In this document: piece by piece, positions 1 through 9,566 of the stretch
How positions within the stretch are numbered: position 1 is the first letter of the stretch
Layout of the letters: every line of letters begins with the position of its first letter
DNA from: Planctomycetota bacterium
GTDB lineage: Bacteria; Planctomycetota; UBA8108; SXIK01
Reading direction: 5' to 3'
DNA: 64,000 nt
NCBI GenBank assembly: GCA_965223845.1
Contig: CBDCXR010000004.1
Location: forward strand, 6,304,001-6,368,000
Program-made: the position numbers and the translations under genes
Notes under the pieces: model-generated
What the model was told of the DNA's origin: nothing
Databases searched by the model: none
The model's input: the letters and a program-made list of their open reading frames with translations, nothing else

Positions 1-1398
1 TCCGATCAGATCCTCTCCGATGCGAACCGCCGCGTCGGTACGCGGGTCTCGCTCACTTCGGGCGAAACGGAGCTCGCGCGCGCCGAACGCGCGGTCGTGA
101 TCTATCGTCGAGACGTGTTCAACTGGGAGGACCCGCGTCGGATCGCGATCTTCGTCGATCCGGATGATCCCGCGGTGAAGGAGCTCGTTCGCACGGTGTG
201 GTCCCATCGCGTGCGGAGCGGACGGCAGGAGTTCCCGCCGCCGGCGGTCGCGAAGGCGATGGCACTCCTCACGGCGGTCGCCGATCTCGCCCTCGCCTAC
301 GAAAAGGACGCGCAGAATCCCCTCGCCGCCGCGATGGACGAGCGCGCGAACGATCGGGTCAATTTCCCCGTCGAGACGCTCCTCAGCGGTTTCGGGGACT
401 GCGACGACCTCTCCGTTCTCGGTTGCTCTCTACTCGAGGCGGTCGGGATCCCGTCGGCGTTCGCGGTCGGGAACGGACACGTTCTCTTTCTCTTCGATAC
501 CGGCGTCGAAGCGGCGCACCTCGAGGAGACCCCGTTCGATCGGGAGTCCGTCGTCCTCCGCGGGGAGCGAGTGTGGCTGCCCGTCGAGGCGACCGATCTC
601 GGCCGGCCGGGCGCCAACTTCGCGAGTGCTTGGTCTGCCGCGAAGAGGTATCGCGACGCGATCCTCTCGGGCGAGATGCGTGTGATCGATGTCCGCGAAG
701 CGTGGGAGCACTACGTGCCGATGAATCGGCCGCTCGACGCGCGCGGACAAGAGACGCTCCGCGATCGCTTCGCCGCGTGGGACACGACGCCGCTTCGCGG
801 GGAGCTCGAACGAGGACTCGAGACGCTGCGCGCGCACTTCCGCGCGAACCTCGCCGGTCGACTCGCCGATCTCGCGGCTTCCATCGAAGATTCCGTCGCG
901 CGCGACCGGACGGCCGGCGTCCTCTACGCGCGGAGCGGACTCTACGCCGACGCCCGTCGCGTCTTCGCGCGCGCGCTCTTCGGCGCCGAGAAGATCCCCC
1001 CCGCAGCGGAGATCGAGCGAGCGCTCGAGAGCTGGGGCGAAGACCGTTCCGCCGACGTGCGCCGCGAGGAGAAGGCAATTCTTCTCAGCGACCTAGCCGC
1101 GACGCTCGCGCTCGGCATCGAGAACGAGAGCGACGGGACGATCGCCGTTCGGCTGACCGAGCTCGCGATCGCGACCTTCCCGGACGAAGCGGAGTTCGAG
1201 CGGGCCGAGCTGATGCTGCGACTCGCGCTGATCCACCGCCTCCGCGGCGACCTCGCCGAGGAAACCAGGTGGCTCGGGAGCGCGCTCGAGATCGACGCGT
1301 CCCTCCGCTCGACCTACGACGGAATGACGGTCGGCGACGGCTCCGTCAGTGGTCCCGAGGCGGCGGTGCGGCGCTACCTTCGGCGGACGGTCGAGTGA
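1..1398 (+). CDS. Transglutaminase-like cysteine-protease domain protein with C-terminal TPR-like helices (5' end outside window)
   Basis: Frame is open from base 1. Motifs GDCDDLSVLGCSLLEAVG, GHVLFLFD and WLPVEATD match a Cys-His-acid transglutaminase-like core, followed by TPR-like helical repeats. Confidence 0.7.
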   Translation, partial: SDQILSDANRRVGTRVSLTSGETELARAERAVVIYRRDVFNWEDPRRIAIFVDPDDPAVKELVRTVWSHRVRSGRQEFPPPAVAKAMALLTAVADLALAYEKDAQNPLAAAMDERANDRVNFPVETLLSGFGDCDDLSVLGCSLLEAVGIPSAFAVGNGHVLFLFDTGVEAAHLEETPFDRESVVLRGERVWLPVEATDLGRPGANFASAWSAAKRYRDAILSGEMRVIDVREAWEHYVPMNRPLDARGQETLRDRFAAWDTTPLRGELERGLETLRAHFRANLAGRLADLAASIEDSVARDRTAGVLYARSGLYADARRVFARALFGAEKIPPAAEIERALESWGEDRSADVRREEKAILLSDLAATLALGIENESDGTIAVRLTELAIATFPDEAEFERAELMLRLALIHRLRGDLAEETRWLGSALEIDASLRSTYDGMTVGDGSVSGPEAAVRRYLRRTVE

Positions 1399-2140
1399 GC
1401 GGTGCGCTCGGTTCTTCGCCCGCGGTCACCGGCGTCCCGACGGCGCTCGCCTCCGGCCGGGCGATGAACGCGTAGCCACGCCGGACGAAGGTCGGGATCC
1501 ACTCGGCGAGCGCTGCGATGCGCTCGCGCTCGAGCGCGGCGAGCTTGTCTTCGACCGAGCGTTTTTCGCGGAGCGCCGTCGCGAGCTTCGCGTCGGAGCG
1601 GTCGAGATCCTTCTGCGTCCGCTCCACCTTCGCGTTGAGTTCCTTCGAGCTCGCTTCGAACGCGGCCGCCTCTCGACGGGATGCGGCGAGCTTCGTCGAC
1701 GTATCCCTCTGCATCTCCTGCGCGGTCGCGAGATCGCCTCGAGTTGTCTCGAGCTCGCTCCGGGTGTCGCCGAGCGTCTGCTCCCAGCGCGTACGTTCCC
1801 CGTCGAACCAGATCGCACCGGCGACGAGCCCGCCCGCGAGGAGTGAGACCAGGGATACGACGGCGATCGACTTCCAGCGCGGCCGCCGCCTCCGGCGACG
1901 GTCGACCACACCGGAGACGAGGAGCTGGCGTTCGAGCGCCGCACCCGCCTCGGCGCGTGCCGACGGGAGCGAGGCCGGTCCGCCGAGTCGAGCGTCGTCG
2001 CCGAGCAGCGCGGCGCGAGAGAGGAGGTCCTCTCGGTCGTCGGATCCGTCGCCTCCGGGGTCGAGGATCGTGCTTCCCACGCGCGCGTCGGTCCGAGACG
2101 TGCGAACGGTCGGTCGGTCGGTGTCGAGGTTCTGCGGCAT
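1346..2140 (-). CDS. Membrane-anchored coiled-coil protein
   Basis: Arg-rich patch, then one TM (IAVVSLVSLLAGGLVAGAIWF), then ~110 aa of heptad-rich sequence. Purine-rich RBS-like stretch before the ATG. Confidence 0.7.
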   Translation of the reverse strand: MPQNLDTDRPTVRTSRTDARVGSTILDPGGDGSDDREDLLSRAALLGDDARLGGPASLPSARAEAGAALERQLLVSGVVDRRRRRRPRWKSIAVVSLVSLLAGGLVAGAIWFDGERTRWEQTLGDTRSELETTRGDLATAQEMQRDTSTKLAASRREAAAFEASSKELNAKVERTQKDLDRSDAKLATALREKRSVEDKLAALERERIAALAEWIPTFVRRGYAFIARPEASAVGTPVTAGEEPSAPLTRPSAEGSAAPPPRDH

Positions 2141-2500
2141 GTCTCTCCAGCTCCGGACGTGGGCGTAGCGGGCAGTCCTTCGTCAGGGTTATCGGCAGTG
2201 CCTCCGCTCGACCTTGAAACTTTTTCGGACGTTTTTTCGCGAGACGCCGCTCGCGGAGAGCCTCGTCTGAGGCCGGAACGCTCGGGCGCGGGCCCGAGGA
2301 GCACTTCCGGCGCGTTCGACGCTGCCGGCGGGGACATCGTAGTGTTTTCTGAGGGATCTTCTCGGCGCGGGGCCTCGCGCCGCGGAGAGCTCTGTAACTC
2401 GAAGAATGAAAATGGTTTCGGATCTTGGCGGTCGCGTCGGCCTCGCCTCTCGAGTCCCCGTCCGACCCCGGATCCCCGCCCCTGCGACCACCGAGTCGAC

Positions 2501-5500
2501 ATGATCTTTCGTCCACTCGCCGCCCGAGGTCTCGATCGTCTCTCGACGCTGCGCGTCTGCGCACTCGTCGCGGGTGGGCTCGTGCTCGTCACGAGCGCTG
2601 CCGTCCGCGCGGAGCCGGACTCGCCCCCGGTGGCGCCCGAGCTCGCGGAGGTGTCGGCGGAGATCGAGCGCCGGTTCAGCCTCGCGCAGCGCTATCTCCT
2701 CTCGAGCCACGACAACCTCGTCGTGCGCAGCTCGACTCTCGTTTCCGAAGAGCTGCGCGCCGAGATCGCCGATCGCGAGGCGACCGGGACCGAGAGCGAC
2801 GCGAAGCTCCAGTCGGTTCTCGATGAGCGTCGCGCGGCCGCGGGGATCGAGCTCGTCGTCTACGTCGGACAAGACGGCGTGGTCGTCCGCTCGCCGCCGC
2901 TCGATGCCGCTGCTCCCGAGGAATTCGTCCGCGCCTTCGTCGCGGCGTCGCGGCGCGCAGCGGACGCCGCGCTCGCGACGAGCGAGTCGCGACGCGGCTA
3001 CGCTTCGCTCCCCGCCCCGGGAGCGTCGTCGTCGCTCCCCGAGTCGAGCGAGTTCGGCGAAACGCTCTACCAAGTTGCCGCGAGTCAGATTTTCGTGCGA
3101 CCCGATGTCGCGAGCGGAGTGCTTCTCGGTGCGAACCCCGTTTCGGCGATGGCCGAGCCGGTGTCGCTCGTCGCGGACGGCGGCGTGATCGATCTCGATT
3201 GGCACCTCTTCCGGACGCCCGGCGCACCGGGCGACGCGCGCGTCGTCGCGGGTCCGCGAACGGGGTCGACCCTTCTCGCCGACTTCGTCACGCGCCTCGC
3301 CCGAGACTCCGTTGCGAGTGGGCTCGCGTTCGAAGGCGAGACCCACTCCGGTCGCTGGGAGGCGCTCGTCGGGTTCGACGGCGGTGTCCTCGGCGGCTGG
3401 GGCCTCACCGTCGACGAAACGTTCCTCGCCGCGCTTCTCCGCGGAGACGAAAGTGACGCGGACGCGAGCGATTCAGAGCCCGCGCTCGAGCTCGAGGCGC
3501 ACGACGACGTCGCCGCGCTGGCGGAGGAGAAGGACGAGTCGAGCGATTCCTCGGAAACGGCGTCGTCGTCGCGCGGCGCGATTCTCAACATCGTCTTCGG
3601 TGTGGTCGGCATCGCGGGATGCGCCGCGCTGATTTCACTTCTCGTCGTCGCCATGCTGGGCGCGAGGAGGCGGCGGCGCGAGCTCGACGATGACGAGGGG
3701 GAGTACGCCGACCCAGAAGCAGAGTGGAGCGAGAGTTCCGAGACCGGCCTCATCGCGGAATCGCCGGTGGAACCGGAAGCGGACGGCGAGGAGTGGGAAG
3801 GCGAGGAGCCGACCGACCCCGCGGAGAACAAAACGGAAGCCGCGAGTCCCATGACTGAACCTGAGAGTGATCTCGATCCGGTGGAAGATGACGCTGCGAT
3901 GACGCAGGTCATGAACGTTCCGACCTTCGCTTCGATGGACGACGACGAAGCCCCGGCGGAGACCCAGGTCCTGCCGGAGATCGCACCGGCGCCGCCGCCG
4001 GCGCCTCGTCGTCCCCAGCGAGCGCCCGAACCTCCGCCGCCGCCGAAGGCGCCGGCCCGCTCGAAAAAGGGCGACCTCCTCGAGGAGTTCGAGGCGCACT
4101 GGAAGACGTTCGCGAGCTACACCCAGGATCGCCTCGACGAGACGCTCCGCAATCTCGAGGGCGCGCCGCAGCGCGACGTCTCCGAGATTCGCCAGATCGT
4201 CGAGGAGATCGCCGCGATGGTCGGCTCGCTTCGCGTCGAGGTGAAGGAGAGTCGGGAACGCGCTGCCGCGAGCGACGCCGACGAACTCCGCGCCCAGCTC
4301 GTCGAGATCCACAACGAGGTCTCGGTCGCGCGAAACGAGATGAAGAACTCGGCGAACGGTGTCGTCCGGCGCCTGACCGCGTTCATCCACGAGTCTTCGC
4401 GGACGGGGCCAGGAGCGGAGCAGACCGACCTCCTCGAGACGGTCTACGACGAGCTCGCGCGGTCGCGAAGCGAGCTTACGTCCTTTCAGGAGAGCTTCCT
4501 TTCGCTCGTCGAGACGATCCAAAACCAGCAGGACCATCGGACGAAGCAGGAGGATGGCGAAACGGAGCGCCTGCGTGACGCCTGCGCTCAGTGGGAGGAG
4601 CGCGTCGCAGAGCTGAAGCGCGACGTCGATCACCTCGAGAGCCAGAACACGCAGCTGAGCGAGGAGCTCGAGGCGGCGCGGACGAACGAGCGAGAGCTCC
4701 GGACGGAGCTCGACGAATTTGTCTCGCGCGAGGTCCGGATCAAGGCGGAGGTCGAGGACGAACGCTCGCAGATCGAGACCGTGACCTCGGAGCGGGACGA
4801 TGCCTGTCGCCGCGAGCGCGAGCTCGTGGAGAAGCTCCGCGTCGTCGAAGAGCGAGAGAACGAAGGTCAGCAGAAGATCCGCGCGCTCGAGACCTCTCTC
4901 GACGACCTCCACCAGACGATCGACGAGCAGCGCGCGCAGAACGCCGGGCTCGAGCGCGAGCTCGAGCAGCTGCGCGAGCGCTCGCGCTCGGAGGGAGAGC
5001 ACGCCGAGGACCGCGCGCAGCAAGCCGAGGAGCACCTCCGCGAACTCGAGTCGCGGAACGAGACTCTCGAGCGCGAAAAGAGCGAGCTCGATGCCGCCGT
5101 GCGGCGACTCGAGTCGGAGGCGGCGAGCCTCCGCGATCAAAAGGGCGACGCGGCCGAGCTCGGGCGATTGCGGGTCGCACACGACGGAGCTCAGAAGGAG
5201 CTCGAGTCAGTGCGAAAGACGCTCGACGCGGTGAAGGACGAGCGCGAGCACTTCGAGCGCGAAGCGCGTCGTCTGGGCGCGGACGTCGAGCGGCATCAGA
5301 GCGAGCAGTCGACGTCCATGCGGACTCTGCGCGCGGATGTCGACCGCCTCGAGGCGGAATGTTCGACCAAGCAGAACGATCTCGAACGCGAGCGGCAACA
5401 GTCCAAGCTCCATCGCGAGACGGTCGAGCGCCTCCGCGCCGAGCTCAGCGAGGCTGAGCTTCACCTCGCGCGGAAAGAGGCGCAGATCAGCGATCTCAAG

Positions 5501-6640
5501 CGGGAGCGAGGCGCTACCGCTGCGCCGACCGCCGAGCTCGAGGAGCTGCAGACGAGCCTCCGCGAGACGACGCGCGAGCTCCAAGCGAGTCGCGAGGAAC
5601 GACTGCGGCTCAACACCGAGCGAACGGAGCTCGAGGCCGAATGGCAGTCGCGGGTCGCGGCGCTCGAGCTTCGAGTGACCGAAGCGGACGGGAAGCGTGC
5701 CGAGGTCGAGCGCGAGCGCGACAAGCGGCAGCTCGAGCGCGACCAACTCGAGGCGCAGATGCAGGCCTCGCGCGAGGCGACGCGTGGCGATCGACACATG
5801 CTCGATCGGCTGCAGAACCTGAAGCGCGAGAAGGAGGACCTCGTCCGCTCGATCGACCAACTGAAGAACGAGCTCGAGAACGCCAGTCGGGAAATGGAGA
5901 CGATCCGCCGGTTTCAAGGGACCCTTATCGACGGGCACCTTCCGGCGGCGATCGTCGCGTGTGACGCCGATCTCCGCGTGTGGGCGTGGAGCGCCGCCGC
6001 CGAGAAGCTCTGGTCGAGACGATCGCGCGATGTGTGCGGGCAGAGTCTCGACGACGTCGACTTCGGCGGAACCGGAGAGATCGTCCAGCTGGCGCAGAAG
6101 ACCCTCAAGAAGGGCGCGGGGGTGCACCGCGAGCAGGTGTCCGTCGCGAACTCGAGCGGCACGCGGCATTTCCGAGTCTCGTGCGATCCGATCAAGGGCG
6201 AGCGCCAGGAAGTGCTCGGCGTCGTCCTCGCGGTCGAGGATGTCACTGAAGACGTCGATCGCGCAGTCGAGGCGCGTCTCCAGTCCCTCTTCGCTGAAAG
6301 CCTCACGGAATCGATGCCGGCGGCTCTCGTCGTCGTCGACGGTCGCGACCGGGTGACGAGCTGGAACCGAGCGGCGAAGGAGCTCCTCGGAGTGCCCGGA
6401 GAGGAGGCGATCGGAAGCGAGCTCTTCTCGCTCAAGACGTCGCTCCGCCGCAAGGCCTTCCGCGACCGCTACGAGAAGGCGAAAGCGACCGGGAAGCCGA
6501 AGAAGATGCGCGTCCGCATCGATCGCGACGGAACGCCGCTCTCCGTCGTCGTGACGCAGTGCCCCTTCCGCTCGCGTGATCGGGAGATCCGCGGCACGCT
6601 GCTTCTGATCGACGCGCCCGAGTCGGCCGGTCGGCGCTAG
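2501..6640 (+). CDS. Large membrane protein: exported N-domain, TM, acidic/Pro linker, long coiled coil, two C-terminal PAS domains
   Basis: The ATG at 2501 gives a signal-like N-terminus. TM is GAILNIVFGVVGIAGCAALISLLVVAMLG, followed by ~600 aa of E/R/L heptads and two PAS-like repeats (LPAAIVACDADLRVWAWSAAAEKLW; MPAALVVVDGRDRVTSWNRAAKELLG). The track start at 2159 is likely too far upstream. Confidence 0.8.
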   Translation: MIFRPLAARGLDRLSTLRVCALVAGGLVLVTSAAVRAEPDSPPVAPELAEVSAEIERRFSLAQRYLLSSHDNLVVRSSTLVSEELRAEIADREATGTESDAKLQSVLDERRAAAGIELVVYVGQDGVVVRSPPLDAAAPEEFVRAFVAASRRAADAALATSESRRGYASLPAPGASSSLPESSEFGETLYQVAASQIFVRPDVASGVLLGANPVSAMAEPVSLVADGGVIDLDWHLFRTPGAPGDARVVAGPRTGSTLLADFVTRLARDSVASGLAFEGETHSGRWEALVGFDGGVLGGWGLTVDETFLAALLRGDESDADASDSEPALELEAHDDVAALAEEKDESSDSSETASSSRGAILNIVFGVVGIAGCAALISLLVVAMLGARRRRRELDDDEGEYADPEAEWSESSETGLIAESPVEPEADGEEWEGEEPTDPAENKTEAASPMTEPESDLDPVEDDAAMTQVMNVPTFASMDDDEAPAETQVLPEIAPAPPPAPRRPQRAPEPPPPPKAPARSKKGDLLEEFEAHWKTFASYTQDRLDETLRNLEGAPQRDVSEIRQIVEEIAAMVGSLRVEVKESRERAAASDADELRAQLVEIHNEVSVARNEMKNSANGVVRRLTAFIHESSRTGPGAEQTDLLETVYDELARSRSELTSFQESFLSLVETIQNQQDHRTKQEDGETERLRDACAQWEERVAELKRDVDHLESQNTQLSEELEAARTNERELRTELDEFVSREVRIKAEVEDERSQIETVTSERDDACRRERELVEKLRVVEERENEGQQKIRALETSLDDLHQTIDEQRAQNAGLERELEQLRERSRSEGEHAEDRAQQAEEHLRELESRNETLEREKSELDAAVRRLESEAASLRDQKGDAAELGRLRVAHDGAQKELESVRKTLDAVKDEREHFEREARRLGADVERHQSEQSTSMRTLRADVDRLEAECSTKQNDLERERQQSKLHRETVERLRAELSEAELHLARKEAQISDLKRERGATAAPTAELEELQTSLRETTRELQASREERLRLNTERTELEAEWQSRVAALELRVTEADGKRAEVERERDKRQLERDQLEAQMQASREATRGDRHMLDRLQNLKREKEDLVRSIDQLKNELENASREMETIRRFQGTLIDGHLPAAIVACDADLRVWAWSAAAEKLWSRRSRDVCGQSLDDVDFGGTGEIVQLAQKTLKKGAGVHREQVSVANSSGTRHFRVSCDPIKGERQEVLGVVLAVEDVTEDVDRAVEARLQSLFAESLTESMPAALVVVDGRDRVTSWNRAAKELLGVPGEEAIGSELFSLKTSLRRKAFRDRYEKAKATGKPKKMRVRIDRDGTPLSVVVTQCPFRSRDREIRGTLLLIDAPESAGRR

Positions 6641-6897
6641 AGTCCCGCGCGTCGCATCGTCGTTCGCTCACCGCTCGCTTGGTGCTCGTCGCCGCATCGA
6701 CCGAGCGAGTGACTCGCCCGCTGCGTCTCCTCGTTTCGATCCTCGCCGCGGCCGAAGACGCGTCGCCGGCGGGGGATCGCTCGGCAGCGGGCCCCGCGCG
6801 AATGGCTGATTTCGCGAGCGCGCTCTGGCGAGGAAGGCCGAGTTCGTGTCAGGATGCCCCGGCTTGAGAGCTACTGAGCCAACCGGGAGACAGAATC

Positions 6898-8133
6898 ATG
6901 ACGCGCAAAAAGACGACGACCCGTCGCGCCTTCCTCCGCAACTCGAGCGGGCTTCTCGCCGCTCCTCTCATCGCACCGTCGGCCGTGCTCGGCCGGGGCG
7001 GCGCGACGCCGCCGAGCGAGCGGATCACGCTCGGCTGCATCGGAGTCGGCGGACGCGGCCGCGGGAACATGCAGGGATTCCTCAGGCGGGACGACATTCA
7101 AGTCGTGGCGACTTGCGACGTGTACGCTTCTCGCCGAGACGGTGCGAAGGACATCGTCGACAAGAAGTACGAGTCGAAGGACTGTAAGGCGTACAAGGAC
7201 TTCCGCGAGCTCCTCGCGCGCGAAGACATCGACGCCGTCTCGATCGCGAGCCCTGATCACTGGCACGCGATTCAGTCGATCCACGCCTGCCGATCGGGGA
7301 AGGACGTCTTCTGCGAGAAACCGCTCACCCTCACGGTGAAGGAAGGCCAGGCGATGCTGGCCGCCGCGCGGAAGCACGAGCGTGTCGTCTCGGGCGGAAG
7401 CCAGCGCGTTCTCGGCGACTACGGCCGAATGGCCGAAGCGGTGCGAAGCGGCGTCGCGGGCGAGATCAAGGAAGTCTTCGTCGACATCGGCGGCCCGTCC
7501 CGCCCGTGCTTCTACCCCGCGCAGGAAATCCCGAAGGAGCTCGATTGGGATCTCTGGCTCGGTCCGGCGCCCGAAGCTCCGTATCACCCGTGGCGCTGCA
7601 GCGGTGGCTACGGACTCGGCGGCAAGGGCTGGCGCACGTTCTTCGACTACTCCGGCGGCATGATGACCGACTGGGGCGGTCACAAGTTCGGCGGTGCGCT
7701 GTTCGCGCTCGGACTCGAGAAGACCGGACCGGTCGAGGTCATCCCGCCGAACGGTAAGGAGCACAAGCACCTTACGTACGTCTTCGAGAGCGGCCTCAAG
7801 ATGTATCACGCGCCGAGCTCGGGAAAGAACATCACCTTCGTCGGAACCGAAGGCACGGTGCCGGGCGCAAAACCGGAAAAGCCCGTCGAAATGCCGCGCT
7901 ATCGCGGCACGGGCGGGATCATCGGCGACTTCGTCGACTGCGTGCGGACCCGCGAGAAGCCGTTCCGCGACGTCGAGATCGCGCACCGAACGGCGACGGT
8001 GTGTCACCTCGGCAACATCGCCTACAGTCTCGGCCGCCGGATCAAGTGGGATCCGGTGAAAGAGGAGATCAAGGACGACTTCGAGGCGAGCTGCTGGCTC
8101 GATCGGCCGCGGCGGGAGCCGTGGACGCTCTGA
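6898..8133 (+). CDS. Gfo/Idh/MocA family oxidoreductase, Tat-exported
   Basis: TRRAFL twin-arginine motif, GCIGVGGRG, PDHWH, DVFCEKP and LDWDLWLGPAP. Confidence 0.92.
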   Translation: MTRKKTTTRRAFLRNSSGLLAAPLIAPSAVLGRGGATPPSERITLGCIGVGGRGRGNMQGFLRRDDIQVVATCDVYASRRDGAKDIVDKKYESKDCKAYKDFRELLAREDIDAVSIASPDHWHAIQSIHACRSGKDVFCEKPLTLTVKEGQAMLAAARKHERVVSGGSQRVLGDYGRMAEAVRSGVAGEIKEVFVDIGGPSRPCFYPAQEIPKELDWDLWLGPAPEAPYHPWRCSGGYGLGGKGWRTFFDYSGGMMTDWGGHKFGGALFALGLEKTGPVEVIPPNGKEHKHLTYVFESGLKMYHAPSSGKNITFVGTEGTVPGAKPEKPVEMPRYRGTGGIIGDFVDCVRTREKPFRDVEIAHRTATVCHLGNIAYSLGRRIKWDPVKEEIKDDFEASCWLDRPRREPWTL

Positions 8134-8159
8134 GCTAGACTCCCTCCCGAGAGTCGAAA

Positions 8160-8206
8160 GCGAGGCCGCGCGAAATCTGACGAGTTCGCGCGGCCTCGCC
8201 TTTTTT
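8160..8206 (+). terminator. Rho-independent terminator
   Basis: 15-bp stem GCGAGGCCGCGCGAA/TTCGCGCGGCCTCGC followed by a T run, 27 nt after the stop at 8133. Confidence 0.8.
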
Positions 8207-8290
8207 GTTCCGCGCGTTGATGAATGCGGCGGGATGCATCGTCTCTTGGGCGATGACGGAGAAAGCGCGCTACTCGTTTCTCCCTCTTCT

Positions 8291-8315
8291 CTTCGTGTCC
8301 TTCGTGGTGAATCTC
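8291..8315. repeat. Dispersed CTTCGYG repeat, copy 1
   Basis: CTTCGTGTCCTTCGTGGTGAATCTC, related to 9502-9546 and 43776-43811. Confidence 0.55.
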
Positions 8316-8359
8316 TTCCCCGGAGTCCGGAGCCCCGGAGCCCGGCGCACGAACGACAC

Positions 8360-9373
8360 TCACCACGCCACCCGCTGCCCCAGCCCCTCCCGCTCCGCCG
8401 CCCGGACGATCGCGCGCGCCGCGGTCGCGTCTTGGACACCGAGACCCACCGACTTGAAGAGCGTCACTTCGTCGTCGCTCGTTCGCCCCGGCGCGTGCTT
8501 GAGAAGAACCGCCCCGAGCTCGACCAGTCGTTCGGGATCGAGAGTCCCGCGCTCGACGGGCTGGATGAGGTCCCCCGTCTCGTCGAGCGCCGCGTCTCGG
8601 TCGTCGACGACGACCCGCGCGCGGAGCACGGTCGCTTCCGGGATCTCGACGACGTGCGGCTGAAAGGACCCGACCGCGTTGACGTGGACGCCCGCCGATA
8701 GATCCGCATCGTCGAAGACCGGCGTCGACGAAGTCGTCGCGGCACAGACGACGTCCGCGTCGCGGACGGCTCGGCTCGACGACTCGGCGACCACGATTTC
8801 GCTCGGGAATCCCGGTTCGCCGGCGAGCTCGTCCGCGAAGCGCGCCGCGTGGTCTCGATTCGGCGAGTAGACCGTCGCGCGCTCGATCGGACGCACGCAG
8901 CACACCGCTTCGAGCTGGGTTCGCGCTTGAACACCGCTTCCGAGGATCGCGGCGACGCGCGCGTCCGTGCGCGCGAGAAGATCCGTCGCGAGTCCCGACG
9001 CCGCGCCCGTTCGGATCGCGGTTACGGCGCTGCCCTCGAGGAACGCGCGGATCCTCCCCGTCTCGGCGTCCGCAACGACGACCCCGGCGTGAATCAGAGG
9101 AAGGCCGCGGGCGGGATTATCGGGAACGACGGACACGACCTTTACCGTGAGCGCGTCGCCCTTCGGATCGGACACGTACGCCGGCATCGCAAGCCCGGTC
9201 GCCCCCGCGGGAGTTTCGAGCGTCGCCCGAAGAGGAACGATCGCACGACCCTCGGCGAGCGCGCGGAACGCATCTCGCATCGCCTCAACGGCCGCGGCCA
9301 TCGGCAGCGCACGACGCACGTCAGCGCCGTTGAGAACGAGCATCTCCCCGTCAGACAAATCGATCCCGCTCAC
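8360..9373 (-). CDS. Ornithine cyclodeaminase/mu-crystallin family protein
   Basis: TAIRTGAASGLAT, GSGVQARTQL, HVNAVGS and FKSVGLGVQD. A GGAGGT RBS supports the GTG start at 9373. Confidence 0.92.
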   Translation of the reverse strand: MSGIDLSDGEMLVLNGADVRRALPMAAAVEAMRDAFRALAEGRAIVPLRATLETPAGATGLAMPAYVSDPKGDALTVKVVSVVPDNPARGLPLIHAGVVVADAETGRIRAFLEGSAVTAIRTGAASGLATDLLARTDARVAAILGSGVQARTQLEAVCCVRPIERATVYSPNRDHAARFADELAGEPGFPSEIVVAESSSRAVRDADVVCAATTSSTPVFDDADLSAGVHVNAVGSFQPHVVEIPEATVLRARVVVDDRDAALDETGDLIQPVERGTLDPERLVELGAVLLKHAPGRTSDDEVTLFKSVGLGVQDATAARAIVRAAEREGLGQRVAW

Positions 9374-9427
9374 GTTCGCTCCACCTCCCCACGATCTCCG
9401 CCCCAACCCACCCGCGCGCGACCCACG

Positions 9428-9546
9428 CTTCTTCTTCTTTTTCTTCTCTTCCTACTCCTACTCTCACTCTCACTCTCACTCCTACTCCTAACTCTTACTC
9501 TCCTTCGTCTGCCTTCGCGGTCCTTCGCGCCCTTCGTGTAAAACTC
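9428..9546. repeat. Pyrimidine microsatellite (CTT, CTCCTA, CTCTCA units) followed by CTTCGYG repeat copy 2
   Basis: cttcttcttc...tcctactcctactctcactctcactctcactcctactccta, then ccttcgtctgccttcgcggtccttcgcgcccttcgtgtaaaactc. Confidence 0.75.
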
Positions 9547-9566
9547 CCCGCAAGAAAACCAAAAAA

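Noticed and set aside
2159-2500. Track N-terminal extensions (also on 9567-10808, 26756-28093, 27924-30200, 43836-46400, 47551-50271)
   Set aside because: Downstream starts have an RBS and/or begin with signal or Tat peptides, and the extensions are low-complexity.
9428-9546. Possible CRISPR array
   Set aside because: Short low-complexity units with no spacer structure and no cas genes.
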